This document shows, one piece after another, positions 1-12,585 of a stretch of 64,000 bases of DNA (within the stretch, counting starts at the first letter, position 1; every line of letters starts with the position of its first letter). The stretch spans positions 124,001-188,000 of the forward strand of contig CT867986.1 in assembly GCA_000165425.1 (NCBI GenBank). Reading direction: 5' to 3'. A model generated the notes under the pieces. The model was not told the origin of the DNA and did not search any database. It saw only the letters and a program-made list of their open reading frames with translations. A program made the position numbers and the translations under genes. Source of the stretch: Paramecium tetraurelia. Its lineage: Eukaryota.

Positions 1-232
1 AACAAAATTATCCATATTTAACCATAACTATATAATTTTATGCAAAATTATTGTGATTTTATTCTATAAATATGAAAGGTAATATGCTATATGATTTTCT
101 GATTACTTAGAAAACTAAACTGGTCAACATCGTAGAGAGTGAGAATAGTATTAGACATTTAGTCTCATGCTAAAATATAGTATATTTTTATAATTATTTT
201 TTATCGAAAAGGAAAATTACAAATGGAATGAA

Positions 233-562
233 TCACTCTTATATCCATGGACTAAAACCGGTGGTTTGAAGTGCAACTGAATTATTTTTGGGTACTTATA
301 CTTTTGGCAATATCTTTTTGTAGTTTTTTTCTCTTCTTTCATGAAAGTAATATTATTATTTTTTATTTTATGTTTCTTCAACACTTCTTCTAAGTACTCT
401 CAATTACAATTAACCATATTGCAATGCTCCAATTAAGGATGGTTTTTCTTATTGTTTGATATTTGGCAATTTAATCTATTCTTAACTTAGATTTGCATTA
501 AGGAATGATGAACAATCAGTTGAACATGATGAATGTCTGTACAATCTTAAATTCCTATGCAT
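233..562 (-). CDS. Hypothetical protein, 109 aa (MHRNLRLYRH...SPWIQE)
   Basis: Intronless ATG-to-TGA frame of 330 nt under code 6; no family recognised. Confidence 0.6.
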
Positions 563-615
563 ATATTAAAATTATACAATTTATAATAATAAATATTATA
601 AGTGTTATATTTAAT

Positions 616-996
616 TCATTTCTATTTATGCAGCAAGGTAATCCTATGGACATTTTTTAATAAACATTTTTATCTGATTTTTCTTTTTAATTCGCTATCA
701 ATTTAGGGATCAGGCATATTTAATAATGGTTAAGATAAAGATGGAGATTCAAAGGGTTTCCTTCTACCGAATTTATTGTTCTGGCAATAGGTTTCATTAG
801 CAGTACTCTCATTTCCAATCATAATTCTACTCACTTGAAGAGATGGCAATTTGAGTTTAAAGTTCCTCCTGCTTTTAAAATAAAATGGAACAACTTGATC
901 TTAATCATTCGATTCAGTATTTATAAATTTTAAAGCATTATTTTAAAATATCTCTAACTTCCTTGAGCTCACATTATTAATGTTTTATTTATTCAT
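616..996 (-). CDS. Hypothetical protein, 126 aa (MNKQNINNVSSRKLE...)
   Basis: Intronless ATG-to-TGA frame of 381 nt under code 6 with AT-rich flanks. Confidence 0.6.
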
Positions 997-1100
997 ATTA
1001 TTAATAATAATAATTGACTCTTATTGGCAATCATTATTGATTAACTGATTGGTTAGTAAATATTTAAATATAAAACCAATAATTATCATCATATGACAAA

Positions 1101-1394
1101 TCAAGATATATAGCAAGAACAACTATCGCCAACATCTTATTCTTAAATAACATTATAATCTTTCCAATTATCTACTATGTTAACGTCTATCAAGCCAATG
1201 TTCGGAATGACATCATCTCTAAAACTAATTTAATGATTCTTATCATTTTTGAGTATTTCGTGATGAAACATGTCAATCCTGGTTTTTTATTAATTTTGTT
1301 TTGAATTGTTCTCAGATGTTATTTTTTCGAATATCTCATTGAGCTCCTCCATATCCGTCCAACTATCTCCGTTACATTACGAGACTTGAATCAT
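1101..1394 (-). CDS. Small protein, 97 aa, with Cys-containing C-terminus (..DSCSCYIS)
   Basis: 294-nt ATG-TGA frame; ISFRDD..VDNWKDYN..CSCYIS, CaaX-like end. Confidence 0.7.
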
Positions 1395-1471
1395 TATTTA
1401 GCTATAGTTTTGTATTATTAAAATATTAAACAATATTACATACTAGATATTAATACTAAATATTATTAGAA

Positions 1472-3326
1472 TCAAAAATCAAGAAGTTATAAAATTTTCT
1501 TCTTTTAATCGTCTCTCTCAAATTAACTTTACTTTTTCTCGCAAAATCTTTCTAATAATGAAATGGCTTCCAAATCATGCTGGTTACTTTTATCTAAAAT
1601 GAAATGCGATAGTTAAGTTGAAAAGACCTGCTAATTGGTATCAGGATCCAAAAGAATTTGAGTTATTTTTGCTTTATTCATCACTAATTCCTCAAATTCT
1701 GAATACTCCAATATTTTAAATTGTAAACCTCCATCCCTTTAATGAATTTATTCTTCTTAATTAAAATCTTATTTAATCTATTTCCCTTAACCAACATCCC
1801 TTTATTTCATTTATTACTCTTAAGCAACCTTTTAATTAATTAACTCTTTTTTTTCTTCTATCCTTTAATTGATTTACTCTTAAAATGATGCATCATCTAT
1901 TTGCGTCTGGTCTGGTCTGAATGAGGTAAAACCAAATTGTTATACACTCGTATCCTAAATTTCAGATATTTCTGATATAGATTATTAAAAAATGGAATCT
2001 GTGATGGCTACCTTTTTAATTGCATCTTCTTAACAGAATTACACGGTATTTTAAATTTATTGGAGTTCATAACTGTGTTATTCATTATGATAAAATTATG
2101 GAAGAGGAACATTTTAACATTATTAAATTTGTTAGTGTTAGTTTTATGCAAATTAAATTGATTGAATTTATTGAACTTATTGAACTTATTACTAATATTA
2201 TTTTTATTTTTATTGTTCTTACTTTTGCTATTATTACTATTATTATTGTTATTAATATTGCTATTGTTATTAATATTGCTATTATTGTTATTATTATTAT
2301 TAAGGCATATTCTAGAACTAAAAATTTGGTTAATATTGCTCCTATTGTTAAAATGTTTAGGTCACACCACCATTATAGTTTTGAGGCATCAATGGGTAAT
2401 CATAATTTGACCTTTATTAAGGATGGCTCGATTATTAGATTAAAGATATTCCATAATCTGGTTGATCCTAAAAGTTTTAATCACCCTACAAAGAGTGTGA
2501 TTTTTAATATGAACAACTTTAAATTTAAGGTTGTTGTATTAAGGTTGATTGTGAATTTAGAGATGTACAACCCTCCTGTGAATATATTGTAGTTGTACTA
2601 TAAGGTTATTAATATGGATCATTATATCCTAAAATTTAAGGTTAAGGGGTTACTGAATATGAGTGGGAGTATGCAGTAGAAATTGAAGATTAACTTTATG
2701 TATTATGATTTTTGGGCTATTTCTTTTACTTTTTAAAAGCAAATTTGATTTTACCATAACCCTTATATATTTTCATAAATCCTTATAAATTATAGTATTT
2801 ATTTAAATCTATTCCTCTCTGTTTTTTAAATTAATCCATGTAATAACACAATAATTATTGAAATTTCATTAATTTATAAGCTCTCTTCGCAACAGTCTTC
2901 ATATAATCAATTGGCTAATATTATAGGCTATTATTGAGTTCTTCTAAAAACACAGAGAAACTGGGAATATTTGAAACAAACGATGACAAGTACTTAATTG
3001 TTGAAATGTAACATTTTATATCATCCGGTTAGCTTTCAAATGAATATTATAAAAAAATATGGTCTAATTAGATTAAAAGGTGCGATATTGCTCTTTATAG
3101 TATAAAATAATTACTCCTTCAGATACTTGTAAATAAGCAGATTTTGAAATTCAATTGCCAGCTTTTCAATTTCTGATTTAATGTTAGCAATTTCAGCTAC
3201 TTATATAATATTGTAAATTATGTAATTTTCTTATAGGCTGAGCTTTCGTTCTGTATTTTGTATTTATTAGGCCTGCTCTTATAGAACTGCTTAAGCTAGG
3301 ATTCTCAATCTCTAATTATACATCAT
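1472..3326 (-). CDS. Hypothetical protein with central poly-Gln/low-complexity region
   Basis: Long code-6 frame MMYNQRLRILAQ...KILQLLDF*; one ~22-nt GT..AG intron near 3092-3113; poly-Q encoded mostly by TAA/TAG. Confidence 0.7.
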
Positions 3327-3707
3327 ATATTATAGAATTTAATATAAAAGATCCTTATTATAAATTAATATATTAATCGATATTGGAGTGAGACGATAAA
3401 TAGAGCGAATTCGATTATTCTTTACTATAATTGAGACTTCTTTGTTCTATTCTTTTATTAAATTTAATATGAACATTGATATGATGGTTTTGTCAAAGCA
3501 TAATTAGTACATTTTATTCAAAAAACTATGCCAAGATGTTTTTATTTAAAATTATCAATTTATGAGTATAATTTCATTATCTTTAAAGTTAATTATGATA
3601 AAACATATAGAGAATAGATTAAAATGAAGGAATAATAAATAGATTATGAATTTAAAAGATATTATTGAATAATTAATTCTTATTTAAAACAAACCATTAT
3701 GATTATA

Positions 3708-5113
3708 TCATTATTTTTCTTCTGGCTCTATAAGCATTTTATTTTATAATTTACCAATTGGCTGAATTTAGGTGGGTTTTAACTAATTATAATTCAAATA
3801 ACTTACTGAATTGAATTTAATATGGTTATCTTGATCATGGAATTCCTTCTTCACAATTTCCTCAAATAACATTTTTAATGAAATCAATCCAATAACATTT
3901 TTTTATGATTTGTCTTCTATGATTTAGCAATTAGGACTTCTTGATGTATTTGCTTAATCATTTTTATTAGTTTCAACCACAAATGCAATTTTGGTTTTCT
4001 TTTATTTAAAGATCATTAGCATTTCAAACAAAGAGGTATCACCTGAAATGAATAGAACTGGTTTTACAAGGTTTTCTAATTCAGATATCTTTCTCTTAGT
4101 TAATTCCATATCAATTAATTATTTGGATCTAATCGTGCCAATAATGTTTTCCTTCTAATTTTCATAGATGGTGACATATGAATAACCAGAGGATGCTATT
4201 CTTGCTAAAGTCTCTTTATTGAGTTCATTGTTTTTGTTAACAGAAAAAACATCCTTTATGAGGACCATAACTTATCCAACAGTTTTATCCCTCAAGTCAA
4301 TAGTGGATGTAATCATATTGATTTCTGCCTAAGTGAATCCCTAATCCTCATTTGCATGATCACCTCCAGTAGCATGCTTCTGGATTCCGTGCAACTCTAT
4401 TAAGGCCTTTAATTCATTCTTCTGGAATCTAGTAGACCCATGCTCTCCGAAATAGGAATCCAAAAGTTTGGCCAAAGGATAGCTGATTGGCCAGAATAGA
4501 ATCATTAATATTTTAACTATTGGTGTTAATTTCTCAGCAATAATCAACTGTTTCGGTCCAGTGCATAATGCTTAAGGTATGATTTCACCAGCAAAGATAA
4601 TAAAGATGACTGAGATTAGTACTGCAAAGGCTGGTGGAACAACTTTATCAAAAAATATTGGGAGTGATTCCATACAGAATGCATTCCCTATAAGCAATGT
4701 GCAGAGAAGCATATGATGCTATTTAATAATTGGCAGGATAACATTGGCTTGTCTTTGCTACTCGTGTGTTCCTTATTCTTTATATATTTCTAATTGCAAT
4801 TCATCCACCGATAAATAGCCAACAGTCATTCCAGAGCAAATAGCAGCCATGCAGATTAAAGCTAATATCTTTCAAATATATATAAACTTGCAGCAATGAG
4901 CAGGCAAATCCAAAAATCAATTTCCATTGGGGTATATGTTCTCCTTGCACTTCTGTGTTCCTCCTAATGTTATTGTTCAGTTTGATTGTTAATTGTTTCA
5001 TCCTCTTATAAAAATCTTCTGCTTTGAATTAGATTTTCAACATTATGAAATACAACAAATATTAACAAAGTTATTGATATTGAACTAATTAAGAATTTAT
5101 TTTTATCAAACAT
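3708..5113 (-). CDS. CNNM/DUF21 + CBS-domain metal (Mg2+) transporter
   Basis: [66 protein letters not shown]-like CBS motifs; N-terminal hydrophobic leader; tiny introns. Confidence 0.92.
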
Positions 5114-5146
5114 TAATTAATGAAAAGTTAATTAGGTGAAATAAGA

Positions 5147-5946
5147 ATGAGTCCAAGGTATATTAAAAATATGATGATGTTCAAATCCTTCTTAACAAGT
5201 TATAATTTAATATAATCTTCTTAGAAACTCAACCTACAATCAATCCAGTAATGTTAAGAATTTATGGAAAATTGAATGCCGAAAGGGAGATCATTAATAG
5301 CCAGGAAGTTAAACAAAAACATAATACTCCAAGGAAATTAATTAAAAGGCCAAAAATGAATTCAGATGATAAAGTGCTATTCTTAATCCAGAAGGATTTT
5401 GAAAGAGAGACAAAATAAATTAAAAAACTAGGAAATCGTACTGCAAGAACGGAAGAGCTATAGAAATCCATCCATAACTAAATAATAAACAAGAATTCTA
5501 ACTCAATCTCAAGTTTGATCAATCAAGAATTTGATGTAAAATTAGCACCATCATATTACGAATTATTGAATACAATCTAACCAGAAATGAATTTCAAAAG
5601 TAAATTAACGTTAAGAGAACCTTTGAGTAAGGCTAAGGCCTTGTTATCTTAGACAGAAGAGAAAAAGAGAATTTATGAATCTTAAATCAGACATTAAAGA
5701 GATTTCTTTAGATAACCAACTTTAACGGATCTCCCCTCTTTAACAAAGAAAAGAACTACAATCAAGACCCTATTTGAAGATTCAAGGAATAAATTTCAAG
5801 CTAACCAATTTATAAATAGTATCAGCTAACATTGTAAGTCAGAAAGTACTGAATGTTGTAAAATACTTCATTAATGTTCTAAAGCCTAAGGGAAATTCAA
5901 TAGTCATTATGAAGAGCTTCTGGATAATTACTTCACTTAAATGTGA
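5147..5946 (+). CDS. Hypothetical basic protein (MSPRYIKNMMMF...)
   Basis: Frame open to TGA at 5944-5946 after removing a 26-nt GT..AG intron near 5199-5224. Confidence 0.7.
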
Positions 5947-6038
5947 ACATCATGAGTCTAGTTCAATCTGTTTTACTCTTTGTTATTATTAAATTTAATT
6001 CTTTATATTATTTCAAAATACAATGAAAAAATATTAAT

Positions 6039-6999
6039 TCATTTTTTTGTATTCCCTTGTTTGACTCTTTTTGATTTTCTTCATAGATGAGCCCTAATAA
6101 CTCAAATTAGTATAATTTTTCTCATTTTTAATATCTTCTAATATACACTAAAATTATTTTATCTAATCTTAGTTGTCCATTAGTTGAAGAGATTTTATGG
6201 GAAATCTAATTTTAAATAGATTGTTTTATTTCATCATTTAGGTAATTGACAAATAATAAATTTGGAAGTATTTATAACAATCAATAATATTAAACTAATT
6301 CATCATAACGTTGCGATTGATTCCAAGGTTAGAGGACAGATTATTAAATAAATGGTGTTAGAATCGATTATTGGATTGGTTACTGGGTTGGTTATTATAC
6401 GAAACCATACTATGGGAATTGTTACTATTAATATTGAATTCTGGATGGAGCATTAGAAATAGCTTGATTTTTGAGCACAGTTTCATATTTTTATAGTTGT
6501 CTAATAAATCCAACGTTTGGATGAACTTGTCTCCTTTTAGACTTAACATTCCAAAGTGCTTTTTCGAATGATAAATTATATTTTTTCATTAGATAGGCTG
6601 TAACCATGGATGCAGATCTACTTATACCTGCAAAGCAATGTACGAACACATTTGTATATTTCCTATGTCTATCAATAAATTCATAGGCCTATTCAAAGTG
6701 TTAAATGATATCGTAATCTGCTTTATCATGAGCCATAATAATTTCATGAAAATGAACAACGTGTTCTTAGTATTTTACTGCAGTCTCTTGACTTGCGGTC
6801 AATACTGCCCTGATTTTCAATTTTCTTAGTAGATCAACATTATTGGCTGCTTCCAAATTACCTAAATATAAGCCTCCCTCTTCTTCACCTAAAATTGTCA
6901 ATTGATTTATTTACTAGGCTCAATAATACAAGTTATTGGTTCAGGATCAACTATTTTAGGCACTGATGGAACATATTTAACACTATTATTTTCAAACAT
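6039..6999 (-). CDS. Dual-specificity protein phosphatase with low-complexity C-terminal tail
   Basis: GGLYLGNLEAA and VFVHCFAGISRSASMVTAYLM (HCX5R active site). Confidence 0.92.
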
Positions 7000-7513
7000 T
7001 ATTTAACTGATAATTTAATTTAATATTATAATAGTAATCCTGCTATTTTAACTTATTTTTGGATTTAGACACCATAATGAATATTTAATTTTTTTAAATA
7101 TAAGATTAAATGATTCAATATTCGCTATATGTCAACATATTTAAATCCTCATTATAAACCTAACCTAAATATCTACCTAATGTATAGGAAGAATCTCTAG
7201 AGACTTAATTCTTAGTTGCACACTTTATTATTACACTGTTAGTAGTATGAATAGATTCTATTACATTTCTGTTCTCAAAATTTGGAGTAGAATGTAATAA
7301 ATTAGGTTGATTAAGACAAAGTGAAGAGGAAGACATTTAGAAATCAGAAAATAACTAATTTGAAATTGTTTGATGGAAATATTTTAAATAATAAAATATT
7401 TAATGATATGTTTATTTTGAAAACAAAAACTATTCAATCATTTAAGCGAAATCTTAAAATTATTGATATTATAAAAGATTTTATATATATTTAATTTTTA
7501 ATTTTTTGTTTTA

Positions 7514-8595
7514 ATGCAAGGCTCTTAACTATCAGAAGCAATCACATAATTAGATTGTATTAAAAAGAAAATTCACAAAATTAAGACTCATAATGAAAAA
7601 TTTCAAAATAACGTGAAATTGTGTCCATTCCCTCCAGGATTCCGTAATACATCTCAAAATCTGACTCCCATCATGCTTCAAATACCTATAGCATCATTAA
7701 AAAACAAAGACACCATTTTGGAGGAACTTATTTTATGGGATTTTGAAGATGATTATTCAGATGAATAATTATTCAGAAATCTCTTTTCTCTGGTAACTGA
7801 TCTATTAGAAGAAAAATACCCTAACAGAGTGAGAAAACTTACAGCTTCGGAAACTCAAAGTAACCATTTTCCTAATTATATTAGAAATTATTGAGGACTG
7901 CTTATCTTAGATTAAATAGGCCATTGAACATCATAAGTAATTCAAACATATATCAGATATATTGGCCTTTGAATCATATATTGATAAAAACGATTCAATG
8001 ATCAATTTATAGATATCAACATCTAAAGTCGCTGAAACCATACAATGGGATTTAGACAATGCTTTTTAATAGTACTTATTTAACATTACCATTTAGTATT
8101 GATGAATTTGCATATACCTATTGCTATGAAAATAAATTAGGTTAAGAAAATATTGTTTAAATTGGAAATTAAATTAGAGAATAAATATAAAAAGCATTTG
8201 AAAAAAGGTATAACCTAATATCGAAATTAATTTTGGAGGAAAGATAAGGTAAAAAATATTTATTAATAATTTAGACTTTAAGTAGAAATTGCTTTCTCTC
8301 TTAGATTACCCCTCCTTTGAACCTTACTAGTCTATTAAAGAAATACCTTCCAATAATGAGTTGAATGCTTTCTTTAAGAAAAACCTTGATTTGTTACCCT
8401 CTGAATTTCAAATTCTATATGGGCAAAGGCCTATTTAAAAACAAATGTATGATTTTTCTATAATATCTCTATAGGAACGATTTGTATGTTGATTAAGAAG
8501 ATACTAAAAAGTTTGAAAAAGAGCTTAATTAGAAATCAAAATACTTTGATAATGTTATAGTTTAGGATTTGCTCAATAGAACTAAATAAACTTGA
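7514..8595 (+). CDS. SNF5/SMARCB1-like SWI/SNF subunit (two SNF5-type repeats)
   Basis: LTPIMLQIPI..LEELILWD and ETIQWDLD..IDEFAYTYCYENKLG..IGNQIREQI resemble SNF5 repeats; several tiny introns. Confidence 0.6.
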
Positions 8596-9690
8596 TGTAG
8601 ATATTAGTAATTTTATGTTTATTAATTAAACCAATTTAATTAAACTAAAATGATCCATTAAGAATAAAAAATTGAAATTGTCATTAAAATTAAATAATTT
8701 CAGATAAATTTATTAATATACTAATCCAACTTTATTATTTAGGATTTCTTAAGATTTAAAAATACTGTCTTAAAATTATAACATACCATTAATTAGAAAT
8801 TAGGATTCTTCCTTTAGGAGCTCATTTGATATTTATTATTTTATCCTAAATTTTTAGTTATTGATTATGTTAAATTTCTAATGATGGAGAAAAAGCAAGG
8901 TTTTAATTATATTTTGGTTTTTGAACTTCTATAGTATAATAGTTTTTCTTATTGGCTCCCATATTAATAATCATTCACATTCATTATCAAAAATAAAATC
9001 ATAAAGTTATATAAGGTATTACATTTATATTTCTTTCAAATTTTTCTTAATTGATGATTGCTTATTAATTAGTGTTGTTTGATTTATGAAAGATAAATAA
9101 AAATATAAAACGATAATTCACCTCTATGAACTTAAAACTACTCTAATTTACTCTATTATTATTAAATTGTTACATAAAATAATAAAATAATAGGATCTAT
9201 ATTGCATAAATATTAGTTAATTATTAATATAACTTTTATTTAAGTATAACATAAAATAGTCAAAAAAGTACTGCATTAAAATTTTAATATCTTCAGTATT
9301 TTGTTTTGTTAATGGAAAATAGCCTTCAGTAAATTAGTTTACAATTTTATATAAATATGGAAGATAAATTTAATCAATTTGAAAGAAAAAAACCTGATAT
9401 TATGCATAATATTATCCAAAATTTGGTTAATCAAAAACAAATAAGTACGGATAAATTTAGTAACAGTAGATAAACTAAGGTTCATCCTTGTGATATTAAC
9501 CACTCTGTTTATTTCTTTGAGATAGTTCTATTAATCATAAGGAAATATAATATTATTATTTAGCAAATTTTAGGTTCATATCCTAAATCAAGAGGTTCAA
9601 CATCAAATATAATAAAGAGATAAAACACAGCATCTAAATTATATTCATAATTTTAGGAATTGATTTTTAATGAATAAATAAAAATTGATC

Positions 9691-10358
9691 TCACTTATAT
9701 TCTTAACATGCATCAATCTGAACATACTTTTCATTATCCTTATTAGCCAATTAGCAAGCCCATTATACTATATTTCTTTCGATCATTTCATGAGCTTTAG
9801 ATTCAAATTTTTCGTTTACAGTCACCCAAGGAACATAAGTCAACTTTGGGTCTAAATTCAGAGTCTCGATTCCATTTTTCCATAATAATTCTTTTCCTTA
9901 TGTACCATTGGCGCATTCTATGATTCCTTCCCATAAATCTGGGAGGCATTATTTAATTTCAGATTCGAAGTCTTCTTATTATCTCTTTCTTGTTTTTTAA
10001 ATACAAGTTAAAAATCTAAGTTATTCAGTTTAAGAGGGGAGCACATTAAATCCACAAGCCTATAATTTATTTCCAAAGCATTCTAAATCTCCATGTTAGC
10101 ATTTGAAAATAATAGAGCCATTGCTTTATTGATTTTATGATGCCTTTCCATAAGGAACAAATCTAAGTTCGACTAATTCATCAAATGATGGTGTTTTTAA
10201 TGCCTTCAATAAAGATGATTATATAAATCTAGTAGTATCAGGACATAATGATTCAACTAAAATGATAAGCAACTAGTAATACTATACAATGAAATCTTAA
10301 TCTTATCACAATTTGAGATTTAAAGCGTAGAAATTAATAACAATAGAAAAATTCTCAT
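9691..10358 (-). CDS. GILT-family lysosomal thiol reductase
   Basis: Signal peptide, SLYIESLCPDT (26-nt intron), FVPYGKA, signature CQHGDLECFGNKLQAC, TYVPWVTVN. Confidence 0.92.
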
Positions 10359-11018
10359 CTCTAATTATTAAAATAATTGATTATGTCAGAGTAACATTAT
10401 ATAATTATTGCAAACAATTAACAATTAAAATGAATTAGAAATGAATATTTAACACTTAAAAATTGCAGTATATATAATATAAAGTTAAATATTGTATCAA
10501 CTGAGAGGAAAAATATTTCAGTTTAAGATGTTAATTGGAAATATTTTTTTCATATTCAATTTTAATAGGAGTGATGCTATTTGGCTTCCATTATTCTAAA
10601 TAATCCTTTATTCCATGCTATAAGTAAGTCCATTTTTTAGAGCTATTCCTACTTCGATAATTTGATCAAAAGACTAATTAAATTGAATTATCACTTTTTG
10701 ACTAGTTGCCAATGCTAAAGTGAATTTGAGTATTTATTATTTTAAATTTTGTTATTATCAATTGACTTAATTAGTATTTGCAAACATGGTTTACAAATTA
10801 TCATTTATGTAAATATTAATCTACAAAAATTTGAGTTTCATTTGTAATTCTATTAAACCAATAATTTATATAATAAGTATAGTGCAATATCATAAATTAA
10901 ATTAAGGTAACTAAAGGGTTTCAACAGAATCACTATTAATTTTGTACAACGTAATATAACAGTACGCATTAATCAAGTCTCATTATGAAAATATTTAAAT
11001 TATTATTTATATTAATAA

Positions 11019-11681
11019 ATGAAACAAATTAAATAAAGTAAAAGAGCGGCTAAGTATTTAAAAAAGCCATCTAAGGAATTGAAGAACTATATTAAAGTTC
11101 TCTTAAAATTAAAGATCAAAAGGCCTTCATAATTAGCAAGGGAATATGGTATACCTAAGTCGACAATTTATTCTTATTTAAATGCTAAAGGACCCATGTA
11201 TCAACCATTGGAGGATTCTATCTTCTAAAAATTAAAAAAGAGATTGGTTATGGGTTTTTAGACTTTATCTAAATATAAAAGTGATCGACAGGTAATGAAG
11301 GATATTACATTTTACCTTCAAACCGAAGAATTCTTTTAGTTTACGGATAGCAATCCCTTCTCAGGGTTGATTCCGCTGAGTAAATAGAATTCTTAAAGGT
11401 CAAGATCTTTTAGAAGGGTTAGAGACTTAGGCTTAGCCTATTTTAAATACTTATAAACAACTTATCCCCCTGGTTCATCTCAGGAATAATTAGATGAATT
11501 AATTAAGAAAGAATGTGAAGAACCTTAAGGAGGTGAAGAGCCTTAAGTTGACCAAGATCCATATTAAGGAAAGGAGTAATTTGAGGAAGAGATTAGGAAT
11601 TAAATCCCAACTGAATAGATAGACTCCTTTTTCTTATTTGGAAACCTAGACTCTTTCTCTTATAATTAAACTTCATTTTGA
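11019..11681 (+). CDS. HTH DNA-binding protein (psq/CENP-B-like N-terminal HTH, acidic tail), 220 aa
   Basis: Intronless 663-nt frame; PSQLAREYGIPKSTIYSYL HTH motif; Glu/Asp-rich C-terminus. Confidence 0.75.
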
Positions 11682-11794
11682 TTAACTGAGATCTATATTG
11701 TTTTATATAATTTTCTATAAATATTCTAATTTCCGAATCCTATTAATATTCTAAAATTTATATAAAATTATATATTTTTGGTTATAAAAATATA

Positions 11795-12585
11795 ATGAGT
11801 GAAGAAGAGTAGTAATTATAATCTGGAAGTGGAATAAAATAAGAAGCAGCTATAAAACATCGAAGAAAGAAGGAGGAGATAGAGAAAGATTTCATTTGCG
11901 GCGATCCAAATTGTGGCAGAAAGTATGGGACGAATGCTGCCTTATATACTCATATAAAAAACAAACATAATGGTGTACCACCTGTAATAGATTTGGATTT
12001 TAATTAGATAGACTGGAACTGTCAAACCTTCTACATCCAAAAAGACTAAGGAATAAACTCTTATGGTTGATTAAGTGGATGATGAAATAAGCAAATCAGT
12101 GGCTACTATGAACGATCCTGATTTTATGAAGTTCACTATAATGATTAGCAATTTGGGTCATTTCAATGATAAAAACATCATCGTTAGAGACGCTCAAGAG
12201 CCTTGTTTTTAATTGGAGGAAGAAAAGTTGTTGGATTTATATGAAAAAGTAAAATAAAAAAATAAATGTTAGATTTTGAAAGGAAGTAAATTAATCTCAG
12301 AAACTGAAGGCAATTCTGTATTTACTAAAAAAGCAGAGATGTATTTGAAATTTTCATCTCCCATCTGGAAAAAGCATATAATAAATGAATTATATACTGT
12401 GTTGATATATGCTTACATCTTTAGAGGAGAAAATTTTGATAGTAAAAATATTTATAAGTTTAGCTATTGAAAAAGATATAACAAATAACTTGGCCAATTA
12501 TAAATTGTTTTCAGAATTGATTAAACAAGACAAAGTTGATTAATTTAGAGAAGTATACACTACAATCTGGAATTTCATCACATGA
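11795..12585 (+). CDS. C2H2 zinc-finger protein
   Basis: RRKKEEIEKDFICGDPNCGRKYGTNAALYTHIKNKH; tiny introns; ends WNFIT*. Confidence 0.85.

Noticed and set aside
2020..2592. 190-aa Ile-rich and 82-aa Leu-rich plus-strand ORFs in the track
   Set aside because: Antisense shadows of the minus-strand poly-Gln region
7129..7595. Long code-6 open frame starting MSTYLNPHYKP
   Set aside because: Overlaps the SNF5-like start out of frame; with only one stop codon such frames arise by chance; no motif support
8640..9670. Candidate small genes between the SNF5-like and GILT genes
   Set aside because: Could not build a consistent ATG-intron-TGA model
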